In this document: positions 17,477 through 27,909 of the stretch, one piece after another
How positions within the stretch are numbered: position 1 is the first letter of the stretch
How the letters are laid out: each line of letters opens with the position of its first letter
Made by a program: the position numbers and the translations under genes
Source of the DNA: Pyrinomonadaceae bacterium
Lineage (GTDB): Bacteria; Acidobacteriota; Blastocatellia; Pyrinomonadales; Pyrinomonadaceae
Reading direction: 5' to 3'
DNA: 58,361 bases
Assembly (NCBI GenBank): GCA_035601635.1
Contig: DATNNY010000654.1
Span: 1 to 58,361, forward strand
The notes under the pieces: model-generated
Seen by the model: only the letters and a program-made list of their open reading frames with translations
Told to the model about the DNA's origin: nothing
The model's database searches: none

Positions 17477-18160
17477 ATGATTCTTTCACACCTTGTTGCT
17501 GTACTCAGCGCCTTTGTACGGTCACTTCAGTATGCAGGAGTGCTTCGACTCTCTCGAGCCGAACGCCTTAGGTGTACAAAAAAATCTATACGTCTCGCGC
17601 TATGTTATGCGGGCTTCGGAACTCCTTGGAATTTGAAGCAAGCATGGAAAGCTGGCGAGGCAGCGTTTTTATCTTGCGCCTACGATGTCGTAACGGATTG
17701 GCGACATTTCGACAAGGGAGCTCGCAGCTCTTTTGAGAGGATTCTAACTAACTTGTCGAAAGTTGAGCTTCGAATATTGGCAATGAGGTTATACGACAAG
17801 GACTTGAACAATCAGCTATCCGGCGACGGCCTAGAACGCGGTGCCATAGCATTAGAATTCACTCTCAAGACGATGGGATGTGAAAAGCAGCGAGCAGCGA
17901 CGTGGGGCGATTTGATTCAACTCGGGGAACTTCTGCAGATTGTAGATGATGTGTTTGATTATGAAGACGATGCAGCCGTCGGCGATCAAAACTGTCTCGC
18001 GACGCCCAACCGGACTGCTCACCTTACACGACTCCTCGAAGATCTAAATCGCGAAACTTCTCGGCGATTATTCGGTAAACGTTCTGTGTTAATCTCTGCT
18101 ATTGCTCACGCAAGAAAGAAGGCCACTATATTGCTCTCAAAACCGTCAAGGAACCAATAG
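17477..18160 (+). CDS. small isoprenoid-synthase-like protein (DDxxD motif)
   Basis: 227 aa. LLQIVDDVFDYEDD resembles the Asp-rich motif of class I isoprenoid synthases. The assignment is weak. Confidence 0.4.
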   Translation: MILSHLVAVLSAFVRSLQYAGVLRLSRAERLRCTKKSIRLALCYAGFGTPWNLKQAWKAGEAAFLSCAYDVVTDWRHFDKGARSSFERILTNLSKVELRILAMRLYDKDLNNQLSGDGLERGAIALEFTLKTMGCEKQRAATWGDLIQLGELLQIVDDVFDYEDDAAVGDQNCLATPNRTAHLTRLLEDLNRETSRRLFGKRSVLISAIAHARKKATILLSKPSRNQ

Positions 18161-18279
18161 CAATGGCGTGGGTAAATGCCCGTTAGGATTTGTGAATTAT
18201 CGAGGGCAATGTAACCCTCCCTAACACTGTGCCATTGTAATGAGAGGGACCCTCTCCAATTTCGAAGCGAAACTAGTGT

Positions 18280-19182
18280 TCATTGGTAGAAGCTCGAGGT
18301 GTCAGCACTTGCCGATTCTAGATGAATGCCCGTAGCGTCAAAATACCCTGCAAATTCTCCGGGATATAGATCGTTTATTCCGCCTTCCGGGTCATGGGCT
18401 TGTAGCGTTACGTACAGATCGAGCGGTCCACGAAAATTAATTCGGTCGTTTGCCTTCGAAAAAGTAATGGAGGCGACTCTTAATTCGTCAATGACGGTCA
18501 CGAAGGAAATGGAGTCCAGATCATCTCCAAGGTCGTAAGCATGCGGATTGCCATCGAGCTTCTCTTCGACAAATTTAGAGATTCTGAAACCAAACATTTC
18601 CTCAATGGAATCTTCATCTTCTAAACCTGATGCCAGTTTGAAATAGCCCTCGCTCGGAATTGAGCCTCGATAGGTATCGATCGCAAATTGGATCGCGTTA
18701 TAGCGGAGATCAGGGTCGAGGTGATACTCAGCCAGCGCTAATATGTACAAGTAACATTCTTCTCGGTAGACCGCATACAAGCGCGCGAGCATTGACATGA
18801 AGGCATCGAACTCAATCTCTTCGGTTGAATGCGCAGCTTGGGCCGGGTTACCTTCGACTACTAAGATTCGGATTACTTCATCAATGGCTCGTGCTGACCG
18901 AGTGTCATATGGCCAAATTCGCGAACCCTTCAACTGAAATCCAGAATACGGCCTAACTAGGCGCATGACTTCATCCAAAACAGCGTCTGGAAGCTCGTCG
19001 CGAAAGCTTAAAACGGCTCCCTCAAGTGAGGTCAGACCCTTCACTCGCTTGTAGCTTTCTGGGAAGAACTGTTGGAGAAGATCATGATATTCAGGATGAA
19101 GAAGAGTTTTGGTCAGTTCGGATTTATCCCAGACCCACGTGTAAATGTCCCCGCCGTTGCTTTTATCCAGACTGTCTAACAT
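18280..19182 (-). CDS. N-terminally truncated paralog of the 20277-21548 protein (C-terminal module only)
   Basis: The 300 aa are about 85 percent identical by eye to residues 124-423 of ORF 20277-21548. Nucleotide homology breaks near 19200. Confidence 0.6.
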   Translation of the reverse strand: MLDSLDKSNGGDIYTWVWDKSELTKTLLHPEYHDLLQQFFPESYKRVKGLTSLEGAVLSFRDELPDAVLDEVMRLVRPYSGFQLKGSRIWPYDTRSARAIDEVIRILVVEGNPAQAAHSTEEIEFDAFMSMLARLYAVYREECYLYILALAEYHLDPDLRYNAIQFAIDTYRGSIPSEGYFKLASGLEDEDSIEEMFGFRISKFVEEKLDGNPHAYDLGDDLDSISFVTVIDELRVASITFSKANDRINFRGPLDLYVTLQAHDPEGGINDLYPGEFAGYFDATGIHLESASADTSSFYQ

Positions 19183-19290
19183 CTGCTTGGCGGCAACTGA
19201 CCTTCTCCCTAAAAACAGTACCAGATTAAAATATAGAAACCCGGATTTTGTTGAGATTCGTTGAAGAGCTTGGCTTGACTTAAAAACGCA

Positions 19291-20238
19291 CTAATGGGCT
19301 CCTTTTTCAAATCTACTTTGAGCTTTGATCACATAGGCAAGCTCCCGGCCTGTCGCCTTCAATTCGGCCTCCAGTAGCTCAATTTTCTTCTTTCGAAATC
19401 CAAACAATTTCTTCGCTAACTTACTCCACTTAAGCTTAACAAGGTCTTCGATGATCTCCGTTCCGGAAACGATCGCAGTTTGGAAGATGCCTGGTTGTGT
19501 TCTCATTTTGTGGAGTTTCATGTGTTGCTGGAACCGATCGATCAAATATTCGGCCTTCTGTTCGACCTCTATCTTAGACAATTTGTTGCGTGCAACTTCA
19601 TTCATCCAATCGCGCATGGCTAGAAACTTGCCCTGAGAATCGGGGTCCGACCTGAACTCAATAATCTCTTCCCAAGATGTTGTCTCACTTGGAATCGGCA
19701 GTTGAGGGATAATAACTTCCAGCACTTGTCTCGGCGATGCTTCGGAAAAATATTCGTGGCATGAATGAGAAAACGTCCAAGATGCATCCATGTGTTCGAC
19801 TTCGCGCAGATAAAGACAAAGCGCTCTTGTATCAAGCTGCGTTGCGACGACCACCATTTCGTAAAGCATTCTAAGTTGCTGATCACTCTTTCGTTGTGGC
19901 TCCAGCTCTGCAATCAAGTCGAGAAAATCATCAGCACCCTTTCGGTATTGCTTATATGACTTACTAAGGCCGGTTTTCTTGCGGTCTTTTGGCGCCGGCG
20001 GAATGTAAATAATCCCTTCGTCGCGAAGCCAAAGCAACTCATTGACTAAGTCTTCCGACACGCTTGAAGGCCTATCTTCAGTGATTAGTTCAAATCCGTG
20101 AAAAGCAATTTTATCAAGCAATAGCGCTTCACGTTTCAATGTGCTGCTGACGTCGTCAGTGGCGAGCATGATATCGAACGAATTCTTTACACCTACTAGA
20201 CCATTCATAAGATTTCCGTGAATTAGTACCCTTGACAC
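19291..20238 (-). CDS. hypothetical protein
   Basis: 315-aa ORF between the two paralogs. No motif recognised. Confidence 0.5.
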   Translation of the reverse strand: MSRVLIHGNLMNGLVGVKNSFDIMLATDDVSSTLKREALLLDKIAFHGFELITEDRPSSVSEDLVNELLWLRDEGIIYIPPAPKDRKKTGLSKSYKQYRKGADDFLDLIAELEPQRKSDQQLRMLYEMVVVATQLDTRALCLYLREVEHMDASWTFSHSCHEYFSEASPRQVLEVIIPQLPIPSETTSWEEIIEFRSDPDSQGKFLAMRDWMNEVARNKLSKIEVEQKAEYLIDRFQQHMKLHKMRTQPGIFQTAIVSGTEIIEDLVKLKWSKLAKKLFGFRKKKIELLEAELKATGRELAYVIKAQSRFEKGAH

Positions 20239-20276
20239 TTTATGCTAGCCCGGGTGACCCGATGCGAAATTAGTTT

Positions 20277-21548
20277 TCATTGGTAGAAGCTCGAGGTGTC
20301 CGCACTTGCAGATTCTAGATGAATGCCTGTGGAGTCAAAATACCCCGCAAACTTTCCTGGATATTGATCTCTTATTCCACCTTCGGGGTCATGCGCTTGT
20401 AACGTTACGTGTAGATCGAGCGTTCCACGAAAACTGATTCGGTTTTCGGCCTTTGAAAAGTTAATAGAGGAAACTATTACTTGGTCAATAACCGTTACAA
20501 AGGAAATGGAATCTAGGTCATCTCCAAGATCGTAATCATGCGGATCGTCGTCGAGCTTTTCTTCTACAAATTTAGAGATTTTGAAACCAAACATTTCCTC
20601 AATGGAATCTTCGTCTTCCAGACCGGAGGCTAGTTTGAAACAGTCTTCGAGTGGAATTGAGGCTCGGTAGGTATCGAGGGCAAACTGGATTGCGTTATAG
20701 CGAAGATCGGGGTCGAGGTGATGCTCAGCCAACGCTAATATGTACAAGTAACATTCTTCTCGATAGGCAGCGTACAATCGTGCGAGCATCGACATGAAAG
20801 CATCGAACTCAATTCCTTCAGTTGAGTTAGCAGCCTGGACGGGGTTACCTTCCATGATCAAGATTTGGATTACGTTATCGATAACTCGCGCCGAAGGAGC
20901 GTCATACGGCCAAATTCGCGAACCCTTCAACTGAAATCCAGAATACGGCCTGACAAGGCGAAGCACTTCATCCAAAACAGCCTCTGGAAGCTCGTCACGG
21001 AAGTTGAAAACGGCGCCTTCAAGTGAGGTCAGCCCCTTCACTCGCTTGTAGCTTTCGGGGAAGAACTGTTGGAGAAGGTCGTGATATTCAGGCTGAAGAA
21101 GAATCCTGGTCAGTTCGGATTTATCCCAAACCCACGTATAAATGTCTCCACCGTTGCTCTTATCCAAGTTGTCTAACATTTGCTTGGCAGCAACACCGGG
21201 AACTGTTGTGGTTACCAACAGAAAGCCATCAGCGCGATGTTGAGCGAGCTTATCCTTTATTGAAGGAAGATCAGATTCGGTCACAGATTTGCCGCTAGTT
21301 GCGTTGTCCTTACAACTGACCAGCCATCTGAGTCTTTGAGTGCTGAGGTTTCCGAGTAAAACTTCGGTAAATAGCAGGTCCTTTCCTCCATCCGGACCCC
21401 GGCCCGACCAGATAGGTGATAATTTCTTCTTAAACCCAATCTGGCGGGCCAAATCTTGCAGACCTTCGCCTGGAACCGATGATACCAACTCGCGGAAGTC
21501 AATCAGGTTAGAAGATCTAAGCATGATGAATGATGATCGGCGCGCCAA
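20277..21548 (-). CDS. Mrr-like restriction-endonuclease-domain protein with an unknown C-terminal module
   Basis: N-terminal GRGPDGGKDLLF...WLVSCKD...GFLLVTTT matches the Mrr_cat pattern (G-x-D-G-G-x-D ... Q/S-C-K). The C-terminal roughly 300 aa are uncharacterised. Confidence 0.65.
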   Translation of the reverse strand: MARRSSFIMLRSSNLIDFRELVSSVPGEGLQDLARQIGFKKKLSPIWSGRGPDGGKDLLFTEVLLGNLSTQRLRWLVSCKDNATSGKSVTESDLPSIKDKLAQHRADGFLLVTTTVPGVAAKQMLDNLDKSNGGDIYTWVWDKSELTRILLQPEYHDLLQQFFPESYKRVKGLTSLEGAVFNFRDELPEAVLDEVLRLVRPYSGFQLKGSRIWPYDAPSARVIDNVIQILIMEGNPVQAANSTEGIEFDAFMSMLARLYAAYREECYLYILALAEHHLDPDLRYNAIQFALDTYRASIPLEDCFKLASGLEDEDSIEEMFGFKISKFVEEKLDDDPHDYDLGDDLDSISFVTVIDQVIVSSINFSKAENRISFRGTLDLHVTLQAHDPEGGIRDQYPGKFAGYFDSTGIHLESASADTSSFYQ

Positions 21549-21807
21549 TGCGACTCAGGGAATTAACTGTCTATTCACTAGCCGTGAGAATGAGTATTCC
21601 TTAGAGCTTTCCACATAATATCTTCGACAAAGTATATATCGATATTACTGAAATCGTTACGCTCGGCAGTTACGAAGATAGACTGAATTGATGCCGACGC
21701 TGTAACCATCTCTCAGCAACTGAAGATGTAAGATTCCGCCCGACAATCGGCGTGCTTCAGCCTTGGTGTAACCCTTCCCCAATTTAGGGCCAGTTGGGTG
21801 GAGAAGG

Positions 21808-24291
21808 TCAGTGCTTCAATCTCAGCGAATCGCGAATTCTTTCCACGTCTGTTTTCAAATACCGGCTTCGACCGTATCCGTCGACATTCGGCCCTGATAC
21901 TCTTTCCAGTACTCCTTTTTTCACTAATCTGTTAAAGACGCCCTTGGTTAGCTGAAGAATCTCCGCAGCAGCTTTTGCTCCGACACGATTCCTATGTGTT
22001 TCAACGAACGCGTCAAGGTCTTCCTCTACGATATAAAAACAGTGAAGGTGTTTTTCAGATTGTATAGCTGGCAGTGCTCCGCGCAGAATTGCCTTTCTAA
22101 GTGTGCTCACAACTATTCCGACGCGTTTCGCGGCAATGTAGATAGACAGAAGTGATGCGAACGGGAGTTTTCTACGTCTGCACTCGCCGACTAATTCGGG
22201 CTGTAGAAAATATCGATTTCTGGTGGACGGCCGACGGTACCGAATCGAAGATCTTAAGAACCCGTTTTGGACCATGCGGTGAGCTGAATCTTCGTCGATG
22301 CTAAGCGCGCTGCAAACTTCTTTGAGGTCAAGGCTGCAGGTGGGCACCGTCGAGTGGTCCGTGGCTCGATAGTTTGAAATAAGCTCCCGTAAATCAAGGT
22401 TTGCCAAGTCGACTTGGCTAAAAATATATTGAAGGCCTCCGTCAATTGTCCGTCCTGAGATGGGATGGATATTCTTGTCCCGGAGAACCGCAACAATGTA
22501 ACCCGTATCGGTATCCAGTTTTTTCGCAATGGTCCTTGTAAGCACAACATACTTCACGCTGAACGCACTAACATCCTCGCTATTTATGAAACGGCCGAGG
22601 GATTCAAAACCCGGAATTAGTTTGGCGTTCAGCAAACCCTTGTTGGCAAGAAAATATACTTCCATTAGATTCGTTTTGAGCAACTGAGCAGTTTCTTCAA
22701 GCGAATGCACTTTGCCCGTGAATCCCTGCATCTTACCGCGAGCAAAATCTGCGATCTCGACCGCTGAGAAAAGGATACTAGATAGCACGGGTTTTCTGGT
22801 TTTGCTGCTGATATGTACTTCACCGTCAAAGACAGCTTTGATTAGGGTTCCGCAGTGACCGCCGGCTCGTCTTACGGTCTGAAGAGCATTGCGAAGGGTC
22901 TTTGTTTGATCAGACTTCTGGGTTCGCGCAACCACCGATTCAGCCAGACGAGTTAAGAACAAATCGATACTTGCAGAGCTAAATCGCCACTCGTGATTTC
23001 CCTCGATTACTGGACCGCGTATCGGGGTTAACAACTTGCTTTCGACAAGTTCAATCAACCGCTTCGCATGAGTTCCCAATTTGTGAGCTGTTTGATTAAG
23101 GCACATTGAGTCTTTCAATTCGTCTCGTAGGTTAATAACACTCTCTGCTTCAATTAGTAGTAATCGGGACTCGCCGGTTTTCTTAGCTTCCGTAAGTTTT
23201 CCAGCCGCGATTAGTTTCTTGATACTTCGAGGTGTAACGTTAAGGATCTGTTTTGCCTCCACTACGGTTAGATACTTCCTTTGAGCGGTATTGCTCAGAC
23301 GGGACAATGTCGTCGGGTAACCGCCGCGCCACTGAGTCGCAATATATTCTTCGAAACCCTCTCGTAAGAAGTCATAACAAGGGTCGGCTAACTGAACGTA
23401 GAGAGCAGATTTGTACTGACCGAAGTCTCTTCTTAACCCTCGTCCATGTCTGCTATCCGGATTGTTTTCGCGTTTCCAATCGAGAAATGAGAAAAAGTTG
23501 TTGGGCCAATTTTGGAATACTTTGTAGGCTTTGGCGATAAGTGAGTGAATCTCTTTGTTGCGAAATGAGTTTGAAATCCGCTTGCCTCTAGTATCCATTA
23601 ATCCTTGGAACTGGCCGACAATGAAAAACAGAGCGGATAACAATTGACTAAGACTCAAGGTTGTAAGAGGACATTCGGCGTCGACCTTGCTTTTGGATGG
23701 ATCTGCTTTTATTAGGTTGCATAATTGGTAAATTCTTTGTGCTACGTGCAGTTCGTCATTTGTAACTTGCTGGCCTTTCCACGATCTCCAATCGAATTCA
23801 CAGACACAAGTGGCAATTGCAGTTCGACGCCAACCGATTCTTTGGTTGCATCGCGGACATCTATCAAGGAGTACACGTCTATGTAAGGGACATGCAGTGA
23901 CAGCAGCGAATTCCCAGATTTTTCGCGCGTAAAGGCGTTCTCTTAAACACTCAGGACAGATTTTAGATTCACAAACTCGAATAGTGTATCGAGGAACGGG
24001 GTTACCGAATAACGAGTAGTCGTGCAGTGTTCCTGCGCGGTTAACCGGCTCGTACCAAAGGTCCCTCAGTGCAGATTCAGAGACGCCAGTCAATATCTGG
24101 AGTTGTTGCAGGTTCCACACGCTAATGGACGACAGTGAGAAGTCCCATCTATTGGTCGGAATCTTTGCGAGATCCAGAATCCATGTGATGACATCGTACT
24201 GGTTGAGTTCGGTCAGTCTAAGCACGAAACCAGGAAGACTCTCATCGGCATAGGGAGTTGCTGAGAAAACCAGCCTTTGATTGTTTGTCAT
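21808..24291 (-). CDS. tniQ: TniQ/TnsD-like target-selection protein with multiple C-terminal HTH modules
   Basis: 827 aa. N-terminal TniQ signature is PYADESLPGFVLRLTELNQY plus a Cys cluster (CPECL...CPLH...CPRCNQ). At least six HTH_17/MerR-like segments follow, for example YLTVVEAKQILNVTPRSIKKLIAAGKL and GAKAAAEILQLTKGVFNRLVKKGVL. Confidence 0.85.
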   Translation of the reverse strand: MTNNQRLVFSATPYADESLPGFVLRLTELNQYDVITWILDLAKIPTNRWDFSLSSISVWNLQQLQILTGVSESALRDLWYEPVNRAGTLHDYSLFGNPVPRYTIRVCESKICPECLRERLYARKIWEFAAVTACPLHRRVLLDRCPRCNQRIGWRRTAIATCVCEFDWRSWKGQQVTNDELHVAQRIYQLCNLIKADPSKSKVDAECPLTTLSLSQLLSALFFIVGQFQGLMDTRGKRISNSFRNKEIHSLIAKAYKVFQNWPNNFFSFLDWKRENNPDSRHGRGLRRDFGQYKSALYVQLADPCYDFLREGFEEYIATQWRGGYPTTLSRLSNTAQRKYLTVVEAKQILNVTPRSIKKLIAAGKLTEAKKTGESRLLLIEAESVINLRDELKDSMCLNQTAHKLGTHAKRLIELVESKLLTPIRGPVIEGNHEWRFSSASIDLFLTRLAESVVARTQKSDQTKTLRNALQTVRRAGGHCGTLIKAVFDGEVHISSKTRKPVLSSILFSAVEIADFARGKMQGFTGKVHSLEETAQLLKTNLMEVYFLANKGLLNAKLIPGFESLGRFINSEDVSAFSVKYVVLTRTIAKKLDTDTGYIVAVLRDKNIHPISGRTIDGGLQYIFSQVDLANLDLRELISNYRATDHSTVPTCSLDLKEVCSALSIDEDSAHRMVQNGFLRSSIRYRRPSTRNRYFLQPELVGECRRRKLPFASLLSIYIAAKRVGIVVSTLRKAILRGALPAIQSEKHLHCFYIVEEDLDAFVETHRNRVGAKAAAEILQLTKGVFNRLVKKGVLERVSGPNVDGYGRSRYLKTDVERIRDSLRLKH

Positions 24292-24328
24292 TTATTCCGA
24301 CGGAATTGCGGCAACCTCCAATAATGAC

Positions 24329-25393
24329 TCAGCGCTGCGAAAGCACATCGGACATCGAACGCTTATTCCTCCGCGGCTTTATTCTTTTGTTTGTTGCATT
24401 CGTCGAAGGAGTTGCGCGTTTCGCAGGTGTTCTAGGCTTAGCGCAATTACTCATTTGGCTAAAGGGATTCGGACGTTTGACAAAATCCTGCGCTACCCTT
24501 TCTTCATAGGCTCGAGCAAGGAGTGAGTGATCGATTTGTTCGGCACCGGTCTGAATAGCCAGCTTTGCCGCCCACCGAAGGAGCTTCATTACATAGTTGA
24601 TAACGCCATCCGTTGCCGAATAGATCAAAAACGCAGTCTCCTTATCTGCAAGATGCGAATTCTCCAAAAGCGGCAACCTATCATCAATTTCTTTTAGTAG
24701 TTGTCTAAACTCGGGGTCTTGAGCTTCAGCCTCCCAAGCAAACGGTGCGATCTCTTCTCGAGAGGAGAAGCGACGTTTGAGTTGTTCGTTTCCCTTGTTC
24801 TCTAAGACGCTTTCACAGCCAGGCATTCCGACAAGAACGATTGGCCGACATGTTTCATTAATCAGGTTCTTCAGCCAATCTGAAATGGTTTTTAGTATGT
24901 TCTTTGTTTGCCTGTCGTCGAAGTGCTGAAACTCATCGAGGATGATCAGTTCGACTTCGCAATCTCTTATGTATTTTCTCAGTCGCAACGTAATCGAACT
25001 AACGGTGCCTTTATCCGCGGCGGGATCTCCCAATGCTTCGAGCATTGCAGAACCAAGGCCTTTGACTGTTGCCGGTGAAGGTACAGTCACCACAAGGACG
25101 GGAACGATTCGTTTCTCAGGCGTCTCACGAGCCGGAAAATTGCTGGCGTACCATTTAATGAGTGTCGTTTTTCCGGCTCCTTTAGTCCCCGTGATCAACA
25201 TGCATTCAGGTTCAGCTGAGATCTTTGAAAACTCGCGGCAAAACTCGATCTTCCCGTAGAGATTTTTCAACCTGGGGTATCTGACGAACACTTGCTCGAT
25301 CATGACAAGCCGTTCAGCTGTGCTGAGCTTACCAAAACGGTCAGTCCGGTCGTTTCTTCCCTCATTTTTGCGATGCTTGATTTTCCGTTTCAT
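24329..25393 (-). CDS. tnsC: TniB/TnsC-like AAA+ ATPase
   Basis: Walker A is ITGTKGAGKTT and Walker B is LIILDEFQH. The gene sits between tnsB and tniQ and overlaps the tnsB stop. Confidence 0.85.
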   Translation of the reverse strand: MKRKIKHRKNEGRNDRTDRFGKLSTAERLVMIEQVFVRYPRLKNLYGKIEFCREFSKISAEPECMLITGTKGAGKTTLIKWYASNFPARETPEKRIVPVLVVTVPSPATVKGLGSAMLEALGDPAADKGTVSSITLRLRKYIRDCEVELIILDEFQHFDDRQTKNILKTISDWLKNLINETCRPIVLVGMPGCESVLENKGNEQLKRRFSSREEIAPFAWEAEAQDPEFRQLLKEIDDRLPLLENSHLADKETAFLIYSATDGVINYVMKLLRWAAKLAIQTGAEQIDHSLLARAYEERVAQDFVKRPNPFSQMSNCAKPRTPAKRATPSTNATNKRIKPRRNKRSMSDVLSQR

Positions 25394-27456
25394 GATTTCC
25401 TCCCGGGCAAGTTGTAATCGGACTCGAATTCATCCAAATCCAAGTCCTCCTCTTTCACGAGATCCATTTCAACCGGACTCACCGCGTCTTTCGTAAGCGG
25501 GTCTAGATCGCTTTGCTTTCTAGTCCGTTGGTTGTGAGATCGAGATGTCTTGTGCTTGTTGACGTAAGGTTCGACGACATTGGAGCTTGAGGTTGCACCG
25601 TTAACATTAGAAGTCTGAGTTTCATCAATTGCAATTGTCTTTGATTTGGAGACCACATCGAAAGCGTCGACGCCAATTTCAGAGTCGGCTCGCGTACCAT
25701 TGGAGGATTGGGTGTCCTTTTCTTGGGGAGGTGTTACGCTTACTTCGACTCGACCGGTCGACTTACCACTGCCGCCCTGCCAAAGCGCAGCTTTGACGCT
25801 AGAGCTACTCTTGCTACGCACATTCAATTCACTGTTTACAATCTTCTGGATACGCTCCTTAGCTAGGCTGAGCTGCTCTCCATCTACATAGTCCTCAGCC
25901 GTAAGGCGGGCCTCTCTTTTGATGACCTTGTGCTGCCACAGGGTCAAACCGGACGTGTAGTCTTGGTCTACAGCAGGCACAGGCAGATAAGAATTCGTCT
26001 CGCTGTCGTAGGCATGAATCAGCGATATGTCCATTGGATCATATTTGATCTTCACCTGATCGCCTTTCTTGTGACGACTCTTCAATGGACTCAGACAGGG
26101 ATGGTTGTAATAGAGCCCCCAGATTTCGATTCCTGAACTGGAGATGGAACGGTGCTCGATGTGGCCCAGTAGTATGTTCAATTCTTCAGCCTTGTAAGGA
26201 AGGGCTGGAGGAAACTCCTTAGTACCTTCTTCCCACCTTCTGGCGGGGACGTCACCGATTCCCCGATGGATACTGCGGTGGTACACATCGATGATCGAAG
26301 TGTGCAAAAGCTCATCGAGAGTTTGCATCGAGACCAACGCGTTCTTCTTTGGATCGTAGTCCCACTTCTCTGCAATATTTGAAAAAGTGGTGCCCGGAAT
26401 CTGGTGCAATAGTCTCTTGTTGAGAGTCCCGAACATTCGTTCAACCGATGGCTTATAGTAGGGGTGCCTTATCGGCGCGTACTGCGTGATGATTCCCAGT
26501 TGCAGACACGCTTCATCAAAACTCCTGCTGTAGTACTGTTTTGCATTGTCGACTACCAGCACTTCGGGAAGGCCATAGGCATCCCAGGAGTGAACAATTC
26601 CTGGGTAACGTTCTTTCACATAAGTTTTGGGCTTGATGCTATGTAGCAGAGTCTGCATAACCGAGAGATAGCTCGGCCGCACAAAGCTCAGGTAGTAACC
26701 CAGGATCATTTTCGTGAAGGCGCAAATTGCGATCATCAGCCATGGCCGCCCAATTGGGAGATTCGTTTTTTCGTCGATAACAAACAGGTCAAGTTTCGTG
26801 TCATCCATTTCGACTCGCTCTAGAGGACGAGTTGGGCGGACACCTTGCTTATTAACTTTATGTCGAAGGTCGGCGATGCGCTTGCTGTATCGAGCTTTGT
26901 CCTTTTCGTAAGGATCTAGTTTGTTGATCACGCGGTAAAGAGTGTTTCGGTGAGGAATCGGTAGCTTGTCTCCCTTGTCTCTAAATCTATTCTCTTCTCT
27001 AATCCGGGCTTCGATTAGGTCGTAGGTGGACTGCACCGTCGGACGCGTGCGTGACAAGTAATGCTCATTCACAACATCGTCGATAATTTTCTCGACCGCC
27101 TTGCATGTTTCGAGATCATCGCTGATACGTCTGCCATCGTTGTCGCTGACTTTGCCTCTAGCCTTAAACGCAGGCGCCAAAGCCCGAATATCATCGCCAG
27201 CCGCCGTGTAGGTTCTGTGCCAGCGAGAAACTGTTATGCAGGTTGGTGGGTTGAGGTCTTTGATGTCCTTGCTGACCTTATCAATAACCGGCTTCAAGTT
27301 CTCTGCGTTCTTGCCAAAGCTCGTTAGCGCTGATTTGCAAATGCCTTCGACGTACGCGAGGCGCCGCAGCGCTTCGATTTTTCTAGGATCGATGTCTTCG
27401 AGCGCTTCGAAATCATTGATGCTCGACCATTGTCGCCGCGCCTGGACATTTTCAAC
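25390..27456 (-). pseudogene. tnsB: tnsB (Mu/DDE transposase), 3' segment downstream of the IS insertion
   Basis: The ORF-track start (TTG 27297) is an artefact. The frame stays open upstream and encodes VENVQARRQWSSINDFEALEDIDPRKIEALRRLAYVEGI... with no start codon. It joins in frame to 30808-31010 once the IS is removed. A DDE/rve core is present (DDTKLDLFVID...). Confidence 0.85.
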
Positions 27457-27666
27457 CGGAAGTATGTACTTTACGCAAAGGGAAGGTCTGACGGTTTCAT
27501 GAGCCGCCGGAGCGGGAATTTTCAGAATCTTACTTCGGCCAGCCCTCTGCGGGTTTCTTCTTCTCTAGCGACTTCTTAACTGCATCTTTCCAGTCGCCTT
27601 CAAGTTTCAGTATATCCGCTTTAGGCCCCGGCTTGGCTCGTTTCTTTTTAGCGAGTTTCTTTTTCT

Positions 27667-27909
27667 TCACAGCTTCATCTTATCGTCAATCAGCGCATCT
27701 ACAATCACTCCGGCCAGTCGCGCGTACTTGAGCAAGACTGGCAACGATGGTTGCCGCTTGCCACTTTCAAACTGAGAAATAATCGCTCGATCCGTCACGC
27801 CTAATTCCTTTGCAATCTCGCTCTGAGACAATCCAGCTCTGATTCTCACTCGCCTCAGCTTTCGCGCCAGCTTGCGCGGATAGTCTCGCCCCCGCTTGGT
27901 AGTTCCCAT
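27667..27909 (-). CDS. XRE-family HTH regulator
   Basis: 80 aa containing LSQSEIAKELGVTDRAIISQFESGKRQPSLPVLLKYARLAG. Paralogous to ORF 35695-36165. Confidence 0.8.
   Translation of the reverse strand: MGTTKRGRDYPRKLARKLRRVRIRAGLSQSEIAKELGVTDRAIISQFESGKRQPSLPVLLKYARLAGVIVDALIDDKMKL

Noticed and set aside
27236-27502. 88-aa plus-strand ORF and the apparent TTG start of tnsB at 27297
   Set aside because: The plus ORF is antisense to the genuine N-terminal coding region of tnsB. The TTG start is an artefact of the IS insertion having removed the real start, which is now at 31010.
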